Source: the human T2T-CHM13v2.0 reference genome, Homo sapiens. From it: DNA of 64,000 bases. The stretch is taken from assembly GCF_009914755.1 (NCBI RefSeq), contig NC_060945.1, one strand, 5' to 3'. How positions within the stretch are numbered: position 1 is the stretch's first letter; every line of letters begins with the position of its first letter. Made by a program: the position numbers and the translations under genes. Shown in pieces: positions 16,800 through 51,820 of the stretch. Under the pieces are notes generated by a model. That model did no database searches. It had not been told where the DNA came from and saw nothing but the letters and a program-made list of their open reading frames with translations.

Positions 16800-19700
16800 A
16801 ACCCTTTCTTCCCTACTGCCCCAGCCTCGTTAAAACTGCTGCATGCCGGCGGGTGAGCGGGACATGGGGCAGCCCCCGCAGCTGAGCTCCCCACTGCCGG
16901 GGGAGGGCCTGTGTGGAGCTCCGAGACCAGGTCCTAGAAGCCCCTGGGCCCTGCCCTGCGCTGCGAAGGGAACCGGGTGTCTGAGCATGGGGCCGGCAGG
17001 ACCGACAGCATCGGGGCTTGAAACCCAGTGCTCGGGAGCCCGCCCCTCCCCCCACGACCTTTTGGGCCCAGAAGCCATGATGGGGGCACAGAGGAGGGAG
17101 TTTCGGGCCCCGACCCGGGGTGCGGGGTCTCACACAGGGACCCCAGGTCTGAGCTGTGCCACTCGTGCAGCCCTGGCCCTCCGCAGCCTCGGCGACCCCA
17201 CCCGAGGGCTCCCACTGCTGCCCACAGACATCTCAGGGTCTCCCGGGCCGGGTCAGCGGCGCCGGAACAGGGTCTCCCGGGCCGGGTCAGCGGCGCCGGA
17301 AGTGATTCTCGTCAGCAGGAATGCGCTGGCTGCCCGGGAGCCTTCAGGGTGGGCTCTGGGGGCCAGGTGCGGCCTCAGCGCCGTCCCTTCCCGGGAAGCC
17401 TCCTCCCTGGGGTCCATGCCGGCTCCTGCTGGCTCCCCCATTCCGCTGAAATCTGAGGAAAAGGCTCTGGGAACGCAGCCAGACTCCCCCACAGCTCAGA
17501 CGGCTGTAAAGAAATATTCCTGCCAGATGTTCAGAGGCGGAGGCCAGCATGAGGTAACGGGAAAGGCTTAACCCGTCCAGCCCCGCAGCCTCGCAGCCGC
17601 CTCCGGGGCCCAGCTCTAGGGGCTGCGGGCCCCGTGCCGTGGGGGACGTCCCTGCCGCGTCCGTGTCCCGGGGGCCGGGCCTGCCTGCGGCGGGAGCCCA
17701 CCCCGTGCGGTCAGACGGGCTCAGAGCGCTCTTCTGCAGTCTCCAGCCCTCCCTGGAGGGCGTGTTGGACCAGCCCCTGATGGGCGCCCGGGAGCCACGG
17801 GATGGGGCGTGATGCCAGCCTGGGAGAGGGATCCACTCGGGGGTCCTCAGGAGGCGGTGCCAGCCCCCGGCATGGCTTGGGGGAGCCTCTGTGTTGCCAG
17901 CGCTGGGCAGCCCTGGACCCCCCGCCACCCTTTGCCTCACGGGCCCTGGGTTTCAGGGCAGTGGCCTCTCAACCCAGCGAGATCACAGCGCCATCGAGAC
18001 AGTCTTTCAGTCTTTTTTTTTTTTTTTTTTTTTTTTTTTTGCGTCTCTTTGAAATGACAGTTCCCAGAACCAGAGCTTCTATGGCGGATTCTCACCAGAA
18101 AATGAAATTCTCAGCTTACAGGCAACGGAACAAAATGAAATCAGGCCAATGCACGCGGCCCCGGGAAGCACCAGGGGGCCTCAGCGAGCTCCTGAGTTTC
18201 ACACTCAGTGCGGGGGTTTCCGCCTCAGCCCCTCTTAGCGGGAGTCACTAAAGGAAACGCAGAGAGGGCGGGAACGCAACCCCAGCACCCTGCGGCTCCC
18301 GCCACGGGGTCGCGCCCTCCCTCTGATATCCAGAGCCTGCGGCTCCCAGAGGCGCTCCCGGAACAAACCGGGGCGCGCAGAGCTTTCTTCGCCGCTGTCT
18401 GGGGGCCGCAGGACTGTCCCAGGGCCCGTGATTGACGGACCAGTCCCCGGCATTGAGCCTTGTGTCTTTCCAGTTACAGGCGATGCTGCCGGAAACGTGT
18501 GTTTTCCTATCTAGGAGTCAGTCTGTCGCAGACCGATTCCTGGATCGCCGAGGTCGCCCACTCTCCCCAGAAGCCTGCTCCCTCCCGACCCGACCGGTGG
18601 GAGGCCGCGTCCCCGACGCTTGCCAGGAGCCCCGCCTGCAGCCGAGGCGTCCTCCCCGCGCCGCGGGCTCCTGTGGCAACGGCCGCCTCCCGGCTGGCCT
18701 CTTTTCTGCCTTCTGCCTTCCCGTTGGCGACTGGGGAGGCCCGTGGTCAACGAGGCCCCAGCGATCACCTGGGGGACGTCCTGTAGGGAGAGCCTGACTC
18801 ACAAGGACCAGTGTTGAGCCGTCGCACCCCCGCTTGGGACCAGGATGGGCTGCACTTTCCCCACCCGCGGCCCTGGGACCCGCCCCACCCGAAGCCCGGG
18901 GAGATCCAACCGCAGGCTGCCTCCGGCCAGCGGACTCATTCACACTCCGCAAACAGGCTGGGGCCAGACGCCGCCCTGCCCTAGGTGCCCAGCAAACACG
19001 CGGGCCAGCCAGACCCCTGGACCTTCACAGGGAGGAGGAGATGGAGATGGGTTCACCCCCCACAAAGGAGGGAGGGGAGGGGATGGCCGCCATGCCCAGG
19101 TGCCGGGACAGGAGCCGAGGGCCGCGTGCACCCCTTGGGCCCTTGGAGGGGCCGGCATGTGCCTCTCTGTCCCTGTGCCACTTCCACTGGCCGTACAGGG
19201 CCACCACCGCGGAAACCGCATGTGTAACCCCTGGAAACAGGGTCCTCCTTGATGAGTCATGTTCTAAGTTGGGAGGAAAATTCACTGGATAGTGGAGGCA
19301 GTAGAAAGAAATAAAAAAAGTCTTTGTTCCACAGATGCTTGGAGGGCTTGGGTCCTCGGTGTTTATAGTGGGTGCCGCCTTCCAACACCACACCCTGGGA
19401 GGGAGTCGCCGGACGGCGTTCCGGAAACTCCACAGTCACTGGGGAGGGGGCACGGACAGCCCCCACCACCTGCCCTCCGGGCACAAACGCAGGGCCTGTC
19501 CCCTGCCCGTGGGCGCAGCTGTCCTGCTCCCTCCCCGAAGGCACTCGGACTTCTGTGGAAAAAGAGCTTATGGGATGGAAAATCCCTGGATGAGTTTCCT
19601 CCCAGCCTTTCCTGGGGGTGGAGGACAGACCTGCAGCCCCAAGCGAGCTCCTGCCAGCGCCTGGAGAGTGGAGGGCGGGGCCCAGTCTCAGCACTGCAGC

Positions 19701-19900
19701 CGGGCCCTGCGGGGCTAGAAGCACCGTCCCCTCCGCGTCCACCCTCACTGCGTGGGTCTCGAGGCCTCCTTGTCTAGAAAATTTCCCCAGCTGGGGCCTG
19801 GGTTTTTGGAGCCCATGGAGGGCAGGTCCTCCACATCTCGGGTGCCCTGGGTAGGGCAGGGAGGCGACTGACGCGTGGCGCAGAGCTTGGCCGGCCGTGG
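16800..19900. promoter_or_regulatory. Upstream CpG-rich island, candidate enhancer or lncRNA promoter
   Basis: High CpG density without TEs; CCAAT near 18146, AP-1 at 18795 and 19253, RUNX-type AACCGCA at 18908 and 19214. Confidence 0.6.
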
Positions 19901-20014
19901 TGATAGGAGAGGGGGTGGCTGAGAGACCTGGGAGGAAAAAGATTTTTAAAGGGGGAAGTGGGACCCTGCCTTGGGGCTGGGGTTGGGAGTTCCGTGTGGG
20001 TGTGGGTGGGGGAG

Positions 20015-21085
20015 TATCGGGGGACCTGCCCTGATAATCACGTAGGTTCTTTTCTATTTTTCCTAAGCGTCGGCCGGCTTGAGAAATAAAGGGACAGAGT
20101 ACAAAAGAGAGAAATTTTAAAGCTGGGCATCCGGGGGAGACATCACACGTTGGTAGGATCTGTGATGCCCCACAAGCCGCAAAAACCAGCAAGTTTTTAT
20201 TAGGGAGTTTCAAAAGGGGAGGGAGTGTGTGAATAGGTGTGGGTGACAGACAGCAAGTACTTAACAGGGTAATAGAATATCACAAGGCCAGTGGAGGCAG
20301 GGCGAGATCACAGGACCACAGGATCGAAGCAAAATTAAAATTGCTAATGAAGTTTTGGGCACCACTGTCACTGATAACATCTTATCAGGAGACAGGGTTT
20401 TGACATCAACCGGTCTGACCAAAATTTATTAGGTGGGAATTTCCTCTTCCTAATAAGCCTGGGAGCGCTATGGGAGACTGGAGTTTATTTCATCTCTGCA
20501 GCCTCAACCATAAGAGACAGGCCCACCTGGGGGGGCTTTTTATAAGCCAGTACCTCCAGGTGCGTATTCTCTTTCTCAGGGATATCCCATGCTGAGAAAA
20601 AGAATTCAGCGATATTTCTCCCATTTGCTTTTGAAAGAAGAGAAATATGGCTCTGTTCTGCCTGACTCACCTGCGGTTAGAGTTTAAGGTTATCTCTCTT
20701 ATTCCCTGAACAATTGCTGTTATCCTGTTCTTTTTTCAAGGTGCTCAGATTTCATATTGCTCAAACACACATGCTGTACAATTTTTGTAGTTAACACAAT
20801 TATTACAGGGTCCTGAGGCAATATACATCCTCCTCAGCTGACAGGATTAAGAGATTAAAGTAAAGACAGGCATAGGAAATCACAAGGGTATTGACTGGGG
20901 AAGTGATAAGTGTCCATGAAATCTTTACAATTTATGTTTAGAGATTGCAGTAAAGACAGGCATAAGAAATTATAAAAGTATTAACTTGAGGAACTAATAA
21001 GTGTCCATAAAATCTTCACAATCCACGTTCTTCTGCCGTGGCTTCAGCCGGTCCCTCCGTTTGGGGTCCCTGACTTCCCACAACA
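20015..21085 (-). mobile_element. MER11 (HERV-K HML-8) solo LTR
   Basis: Minus strand begins TGTTGTGGGAAGTCAGGGACCCCAAACGGAGGGACCGGCTGAAGCC; about 1070 bp; 6-bp TSD GGGGAG at 20009-20014 and 21086-21091. Confidence 0.9.
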
Positions 21086-21589
21086 GGGGAGGGGGTACGG
21101 TTGGTCCAAAAGGGGAAGGACAGAAGCGGGGCCTGGGCCAGCAGCCCTGGGGCTCCCACCAGCCACCAGCAGCACTGAGTCTCCTCTGCAACTTTCCCTG
21201 TGGACAAAGGCAGTTTCCTGGGATGGTCTTTCCTTCCCGTTCCACCACTTTTATGGGTTTAAGAAAACCACTAACACAGGACAGCGGTGGATAATTCCCC
21301 TTTTCCCCGCGCTGACGTTTGGAGGCACCAGGGCTCCTCAAGGTGGACTGGGGGGCTCCTCTCCCTGAACGCAGGGTCCTGATGGGGGTGGGGGTGGGGG
21401 TGGAGGGCAGGCAGGTTCCAGAAACAGCCCTGCCCTCCCCTGCCTCCCGGGACAGCTTCCTCCACCAAGCCCACCTCATGCTCCATCCTCATCCCCTCTT
21501 AGCCAGGTCCTGCTGGAAGAGGAGGCTCGGGTCCACCCGCAGGAGTCAGAGAGGCCCTGCCAGGGACACTGCACATTCAAGGCCCTCTC

Positions 21590-21748
21590 CTCCATCCTTC
21601 TTCCTCTCCCTCCTCCCACCCTCTCCCTCCTCCCACCCCCTCTCCCCTCCTCCCATTCTCTCCCTCCTCCCACTCTCTCCCTTCTCCCACCCTCTCCCCC
21701 TCCCCCCTCTTCCCACCCCCTCCCCTGTCCCACCCTCTCCCTTCCCAC
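21590..21748. repeat. C/T-rich low-complexity tract
   Basis: Near-pure pyrimidine run. Confidence 0.85.
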
Positions 21749-22185
21749 ACCTGGAGACTCAGATCCCCCCAGGGCTGTGGACGACTGGCACAGTGGGGTA
21801 AGTCCTGCTCCCCACAGCTGCTTCTGGGATCCCAGACTGGGCCCAGAGTCCCCATCCACAGAAGGGCCGGCAGGCCTGAGAAAGGACAGCCAGGTCGCCA
21901 GGGAGGGGATGTGGCTCGCCCCCTTCTTCCCTTTCTCTGGAAGTGCATTTACCTCCCCCCACACACAGGCGGGGTTGCAGGGCCCTTCCCAGCCAGACCC
22001 TGCAGTGCAGCTCTCTGGGAGGCCCCCCAGGGCAGTGGTTTCCTGGCTCTGTGCTTCCTAGGATCCTGGAAGCCGACTGGGCTGGGGCTGGGGGGTGGAG
22101 CCCCATGGGAGAAGGATCTCCTGCAGGAATGGCCTGGATGGGGGCTTGGGGGTGGACATGTGCCAGAGACACCTGGGTAACTTCA

Positions 22186-22886
22186 GGAGAGAGGAGGGAG
22201 GGGGAGAGAGGAGGGAGGGGGAGGGGGGGGAGAGAGGAGGGAGGAGGAGAATAGGGGATGGGAGAGAGGAGGGAGACGGTGAAGGGGAGAGTAGGGAGCC
22301 GGAGAGGAGAATGAGGTCAGGGGAGAAGAGGGAGGGGGAGATGAGGAAAGGGGGAGGGGAGCAAGTGTGAGAGGAGGGAGGGGGAAAGGAGGGAAGGGGG
22401 AGAGGAGGGGACAGGAGAGAGGAAGAAGGGGGAGAGGAGTGAGTGTGAGAGGAGGGAGGGGGAGAGAGGGGAAAAGGGGGAGAGGAGGGAGGGGGAGAGG
22501 AGGGAAGGGGGAGAGGAGTGAGCATGAGAGGAGGGAGGGGGAGAGAAGTGAGCGTGAGAGGAGGGAGGGGGAGAGGGGACAGGAGAGAGGAGGGAGGGAG
22601 ACAGGAGTGAGCGTGAGAGGAGGGAGGGGGAGAGGAGTGAGGGTGAGAGGAGGGAGGGGGAGAGGAGTGAGCATGAGAGGAGGGAGGCGGAGAGGAGGGG
22701 ACAGGAGAGAGGAGGGAGGGGGACAGGAGTGAGCGTGAGAGGAAGGAGGGGGAGAGGAGGGAAGAGGGAGAGGAGTGAGCATGAGAGGAGGGAGAGGGAG
22801 AGGACTGAGCGTGAGAGGAGGGAGGGGGAGAGAAGAGAAAAGAGGGAGCAAAGGGGACAGGAGAGAGGAGGGGGGGAGCGGAGGGA
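22186..22886. repeat. G/A-rich tract with about 30-bp units (GAGTGAGCGTGAGAGGAGGGAGGGGGAGAG)
   Basis: Near-pure purine run with a recurring unit. Confidence 0.9.
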
Positions 22887-23101
22887 GCTCACCCGCTGTG
22901 GGTGGGGCAGGTTGTGGAAATCAGCCCCATGACAACAGTAAGCTCAGCCAGGACTGGGATTCAGGATGTTTTATTTTCATGCTTTATGTGGTTTTCATGT
23001 TCTCCCCGAGACATAAGCATCACTTACAATCAGAAAAGATCCCTGATGAAAGTGCATGAAGGAACACAAAGCAGGCGACTGCACGTCTATGAACACGCTC
23101 A

Positions 23102-23503
<402 letters not shown>

Positions 23504-24282
23504 CTAGATGTTGCTTTATGATTTTAAAAAATTCGCTATGATGAACATGTATCTTCTTCATAAGAGAAAGAGTCAAGTTTACTCTGAGTCATCATTGCAG
23601 ATTTCCTGTGAAGCAGAGGCACCTCTGGGCCCCACCCAGGCCTGGGACCGCCCTGAGCCTGAGCCCCTCACACAGTGCGGCCCCAGCCCTGCCTCGGAGA
23701 AGCCCAGGCCAGGATGAAGCCTGGGACCGGGGGAGGAGTCGGACCGCGGCCCTGGAGCTCAGGATGCTGCAGCCTGGGGTGTCGGCGTTATTCCCACGCA
23801 TCTCCACAGCTCCCGCCGCACCCACCCCGCGGACCTGCTGGTGGAGCCGGTGGTGTACTGTGAACTGACTTATGAAACCACCTCTGCAAGGCAAAACAGG
23901 CCATTGGCCACTGGGCCCCGTGAACCTGTCCCTGTGTGTCAGGGCGTCCGCATCTCTTCCATCTTACAGACCGTGTGTCAGCCACCTGCTGCTGTGTGCC
24001 TGTGGTGGGACCCTCACTGCAGGGAATGCTGCGTTCTTGGTGTTTGCTTACACAACGTGTTCCTATTTCCTTTCCCAAATCTGCAAGCACTCCTTGCAGA
24101 TAAAACAGCTCAGACTGGGAGAGGCCAAGAGAACACGGAGGTCCTGAAGCCCCCTGTGCTTGAGTCAGGAGCCCAGAGGCTGGTGCCACAGCTCCAAGCA
24201 GGCAGCACCAAACCTCAGCACCCACAGCCACAGTGTGGATGACATCAGTGGCAGGTAAATTGACTGTACAGTAAGTGTACAA

Positions 24283-24615
24283 GGCCAGGCACGGTGGCTC
24301 ATGCCTGTAATCCCAGCACTTTCGGAGGCCGAGGCAGGAGGACCACTTGAGTCCAGGAGTTCGAGACCAGCCTGGGCAACATCGTGAGACCCCCATCTCT
24401 ACAAAACATACAAAATTAGCTGGGTATGGTGGCACATGCCTGTGATCCCAGCTACTCGGGAGGCTGAGGTGGAGGGATCACCTGAACCCAGGAGACTGAG
24501 GCTGCAGTGAGCTGTGATGAGGCCACTACGTTCCAGCCTGGATGACAGAGTGAGCCCCTTAGATAATAATAATAATAAGGAGGAGGAGGAGGAGGAGGAG
24601 GAGGAAAAGAAGGAG
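24283..24615 (+). mobile_element. Alu (J-like) with (TAA)n(GAG)n tail
   Basis: Alu body followed by microsatellites. Confidence 0.9.
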
Positions 24616-24912
24616 AAGTACTTTACAACTTCTGTAACGTAGGTGTGGGGAAAATATTGAAGGCAATCCAAAAACAGTCACTGTGGAGTTGTGGAATTAA
24701 GTATCAATTTTAAAGGTTTTTTCAAATGTTTCTTTAACATGGTTTTTGGTATGAACAATTTGTGTACGTTTTAAAATTATAAGACATTTAGGCTGGTGTT
24801 AGGCAAGTCTCAGCAGCTCCAGCTTTGGGAAAGCTCTTCTGGGACCTTCTGTGGGCCAGGGATGCATCTGGCCACATCTGGAGCCCACCCCCAGGTGATA
24901 TCAGGGACAGCC

Positions 24913-25541
24913 CCTCTCTCCTCTCTCTGTCTCTCTTTCTGTCTCTCTGTCTCTGTCTCTCCGTCTCTGTCTGTCTCTCCTCTCTCTGTCTCTCTCTGTC
25001 TCTGTCTCTCTGTCTCTGTCTTTGTCTCTGTCTCTCCTCTCTCTGTGTCTCTGTCTCTGTCTCTCTCTCTGTCTCTCTCTGTCTCTGTCTCTCTCTGTCT
25101 CTCTCTGTCTGTCTCTGTCTCTCCTCTGTCTCTCTGTGTCTGTCTCTCTGTCTCTGTCTTTCTGTCTCTCTCTCACTGTCTCTCTCTCTCTGTCTCTGTC
25201 TCTCTCTGTGTCTCTGTGTCTCTCTGTCTCTGTCTCTCACTGTCTCTCTCTGTCTCTGTCTCTCTGTCTCTCTGTCTCTCTGTGTCTCTCTGTCTCTGTC
25301 TCTCTGTCTCTGTCTCTCCTCTGTCTCTCTGTGTCTCTCTCTGTCTTTCTGTCTCTCTGTCTCTGTCTCTGTCTCTCTCCCTGTCTCTGTCTCTCCTCTG
25401 TCTCTCTGTGTCTCTGTCTGTCTCTCTGTCTTTCTGTCTCTCTCTCTGTCTCTCTCTGTCTCTGTCTCTCTGTCTCTGTCTCTCCTCTGTCTGTGTCTCT
25501 GTCTGTCTCTCTGTCTCTGTCTCTCTGTCTCTCTCTCACTG

Positions 25542-25572
<31 letters not shown>

Positions 25573-25577
25573 GTCTC
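24913..25577. repeat. (TCTCTG)n-type compound simple repeat
   Basis: Seen directly. Confidence 0.95.
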
Positions 25578-26009
25578 CACACACAGCATATATAACAACT
25601 ATATTGTGAGCAACTTTGTCTTCCCACGGTACAAACTGAAATATCTTTGGCAAATACGTATCCGACTATACTGTGAAGAAATATTGACGTGAAAAAAGAA
25701 CGCGGAGATCTGATAAAGCAACAATTCAGCTCACGGCGAGGTCCTCTGCAGGAGGCGGTTGGTGGGAAGAGGCGAGTGAGCCTGCCCGTGCGTCCCGCAT
25801 GGAGACGTCTGGATTGGAAACTACCGAAAGATGTTTCAAGGAACTCTCCCTGGGTGACACGCTGGTTTTCAGACGTTTGATTCAGCTGCTGCAGTTTCCT
25901 CCTCCCTGACACGGGAACTGAACTGCAGGCCGCGGCGAGCCAGCCAGGGAAACCGCCTTCTCCCTGGGCTCGGAGCTGCTGCCGGTTCTGGAGGGAGAGA
26001 CCCCAGCAA

Positions 26010-49435
<23,426 letters not shown>

Positions 49436-49596
49436 CCCACCCTGCACGCCGGCACCAAACCCTGTCCTCCCACCCCTCCCCACTCATCACTAAACAGAGT
49501 AAAATGTGATGCGAATTTTCCCGACCAACCTGATTCGCTAGATTTTTTTTAAGGAAAAGCTTGGAAAGCCAGGACACAACGCTGCTGCCTGCTTTG

Positions 49597-49765
49597 TGCA
49601 GGGTCCTCCGGGGCTCAGCCCTGAGTTGGCATCACCTGCGCAGGGCCCTCTGGGGCTCAGCCCTGAGCTAGTGTCACCTGCACAGGGCCCTCTGAGGCTC
49701 AGCCCTGAGCTGGCGTCACCTGTGCAGGGCCCTCTGGGGCTCAGCCCTGAGCTGGCCTCACCTGG
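49597..49765. repeat. 42-bp tandem repeat x4 in the 3'UTR
   Basis: GGCTCAGCCCTGAG at 49612, 49654, 49696 and 49738. Confidence 0.92.
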
Positions 49766-50450
49766 GTTCCCCACCCCGGGCTCTCCTGCCCTGCCCTCCT
49801 GCCCGCCCTCCCTCCTGCCTGCGCAGCTCCTTCCCTAGGCACCTCTGTGCTGCATCCCACCAGCCTGAGCAAGACGCCCTCTCGGGGCCTGTGCCGCACT
49901 AGCCTCCCTCTCCTCTGTCCCCATAGCTGGTTTTTCCCACCAATCCTCACCTAACAGTTACTTTACAATTAAACTCAAAGCAAGCTCTTCTCCTCAGCTT
50001 GGGGCAGCCATTGGCCTCTGTCTCGTTTTGGGAAACCAAGGTCAGGAGGCCGTTGCAGACATAAATCTCGGCGACTCGGCCCCGTCTCCTGAGGGTCCTG
50101 CTGGTGACCGGCCTGGACCTTGGCCCTACAGCCCTGGAGGCCGCTGCTGACCAGCACTGACCCCGACCTCAGAGAGTACTCGCAGGGGCGCTGGCTGCAC
50201 TCAAGACCCTCGAGATTAACGGTGCTAACCCCGTCTGCTCCTCCCTCCCGCAGAGACTGGGGCCTGGACTGGACATGAGAGCCCCTTGGTGCCACAGAGG
50301 GCTGTGTCTTACTAGAAACAACGCAAACCTCTCCTTCCTCAGAATAGTGATGTGTTCGACGTTTTATCAAAGGCCCCCTTTCTATGTTCATGTTAGTTTT
50401 GCTCCTTCTGTGTTTTTTTCTGAACCATATCCATGTTGCTGACTTTTCCA

Positions 50451-50456
50451 AATAAA
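50451..50456 (+). terminator. Polyadenylation signal AATAAA
   Basis: First canonical hexamer seen after the stop codon, with U-rich sequence upstream. Confidence 0.88.
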
Positions 50457-51303
50457 GGTTTTCACTCCTCTCCCTGTGGTTATCTTCCCCACAAAGTAAA
50501 ATCCTGCCGTGTGCCCCAAAGGAGCAGTCACAGGAGGTTGGGGGGCGTGTGCGTGCGTGCTCACTCCCAACCCCCATCACCACCAGTCCCAGGCCAGAAC
50601 CAGGGCTGCCCTTGGCTACAGCTGTCCATCCATGCCCCTTATCTGCGTCTGCGTCGGTGACATGGAGACCATGCTGCACCTGTGGACAGAGAGGAGCTGA
50701 GAAGGCAACACCCTGGGCTTTGGGGTCGGGAGCAGATCAGGCCTCAGTGGGCTGGGGCCGGCCACATCCACCGAGGTCAACCACAGAGGCCGGCCACAGG
50801 TTCTAGGCTTGGTACTGAAATACCCCTGGGAGCTCGGAAGGGGAGTTGAGATACTGCAGGGCCCATAGGAAGAAGTCTTGGGAGGCTCCACCTTTGGGGC
50901 AGAGGAAGAAGTCTTGGGAGGCTCCACCTTTGGGGCAGAGCAAGAAGAGGGCGGAGGGCAGAGGCAGCGAGGGCTCATCCTCAAAAGAAAGAAGTTAGTG
51001 GCCCCTGAATCCCAGAATCCGGGGTGCCCGGCTGTTCTGGGGGCCGCTAGGGGACTAAGAGGATCGGCCGAGGGCTGGGCTGGAGGAGGGCAGCAGGGAT
51101 GGGCGGCGAGGGTGAGGGTGGGGCTTCCTGAAGGCCTTCACCTGCGGGGACCCCGGCGAGCCCCTCAGGTGCCACAGGCAGGGACACGCCTCGCTCGATG
51201 CGTCACACCATGTGGCCACCAGAGCTGCGGGAAAATGCTGGGGACCCTGCATTTCCGTTTCAGGTGGCGAACAAGCGCCCCTCACAGAACTGCAGGTAGA
51301 GAC

Positions 51304-51820
51304 GGGCCCGGGGCAGACGCAGTGAGGCGGTGGGCGGGGCCCGGGGCAGACGCAGTGAGGCGGTGGGCGGGGCCCGAGGCAGATGCAGTGAGGCGGTGGG
51401 CGGGGCCCGGGGCAGAGGCAGCGAGCGGTGGGCGGGGCCCGGGGCAGACGCAGTGAGGCGGTGGGCGGGGCCCGGGGCAGAGGCAGCGGGTGGTGGGCGG
51501 GGCCCGGGGCAGACGCAGTGAGGCAGTGGGCGGGGCCGGGGTAGTCGCAGTAGGTGGTGGGCGGGGCCCGGGGCAGACGCAGTGAGGCGGTGGGCGGGGC
51601 CGGGGTAGTCGCAGTAGGTGGTGGGCGGGGCCCAGGGCAGACGCAGTGAGGTGGTGGGCGGGGCCCGGGGCAGACGCAGTGAGGCGGTGGGAGGGGCCCG
51701 GGGCAGACGCAGTGAGGCGGTGGGAGGGGCCCGGGGCAGACGCAGTGAGGCGGTGGGAGGGGCCCGGGGCAGACGCAGTGAGGCGGTGGGCGGGGCCCGG
51801 GGCAGACGCAGTGAGGCGGT
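51304..51820. repeat. 33-bp G-rich minisatellite downstream of the poly(A) site
   Basis: GGGCCCGGGGCAGACGCAGTGAGGCGGTGGGCG, about 16 copies including variants. Confidence 0.95.

Larger units (their letters stand above)
49436..50475 (+). other. COL6A1 3'UTR
   Basis: Between the stop codon and the AATAAA; cleavage site approximate. Confidence 0.85.

Noticed and set aside
18013-18040. Poly-T tract as the tail of a retrocopy
   Set aside because: No Alu, L1 or mRNA body or target-site duplication was recognised next to it.
14563-20213. Many overlapping 100-300 aa ORFs in the upstream GC-rich region
   Set aside because: Expected from stop-codon scarcity at high GC; Pro/Gly/Arg-rich with no recognisable domain or splice-consistent structure.
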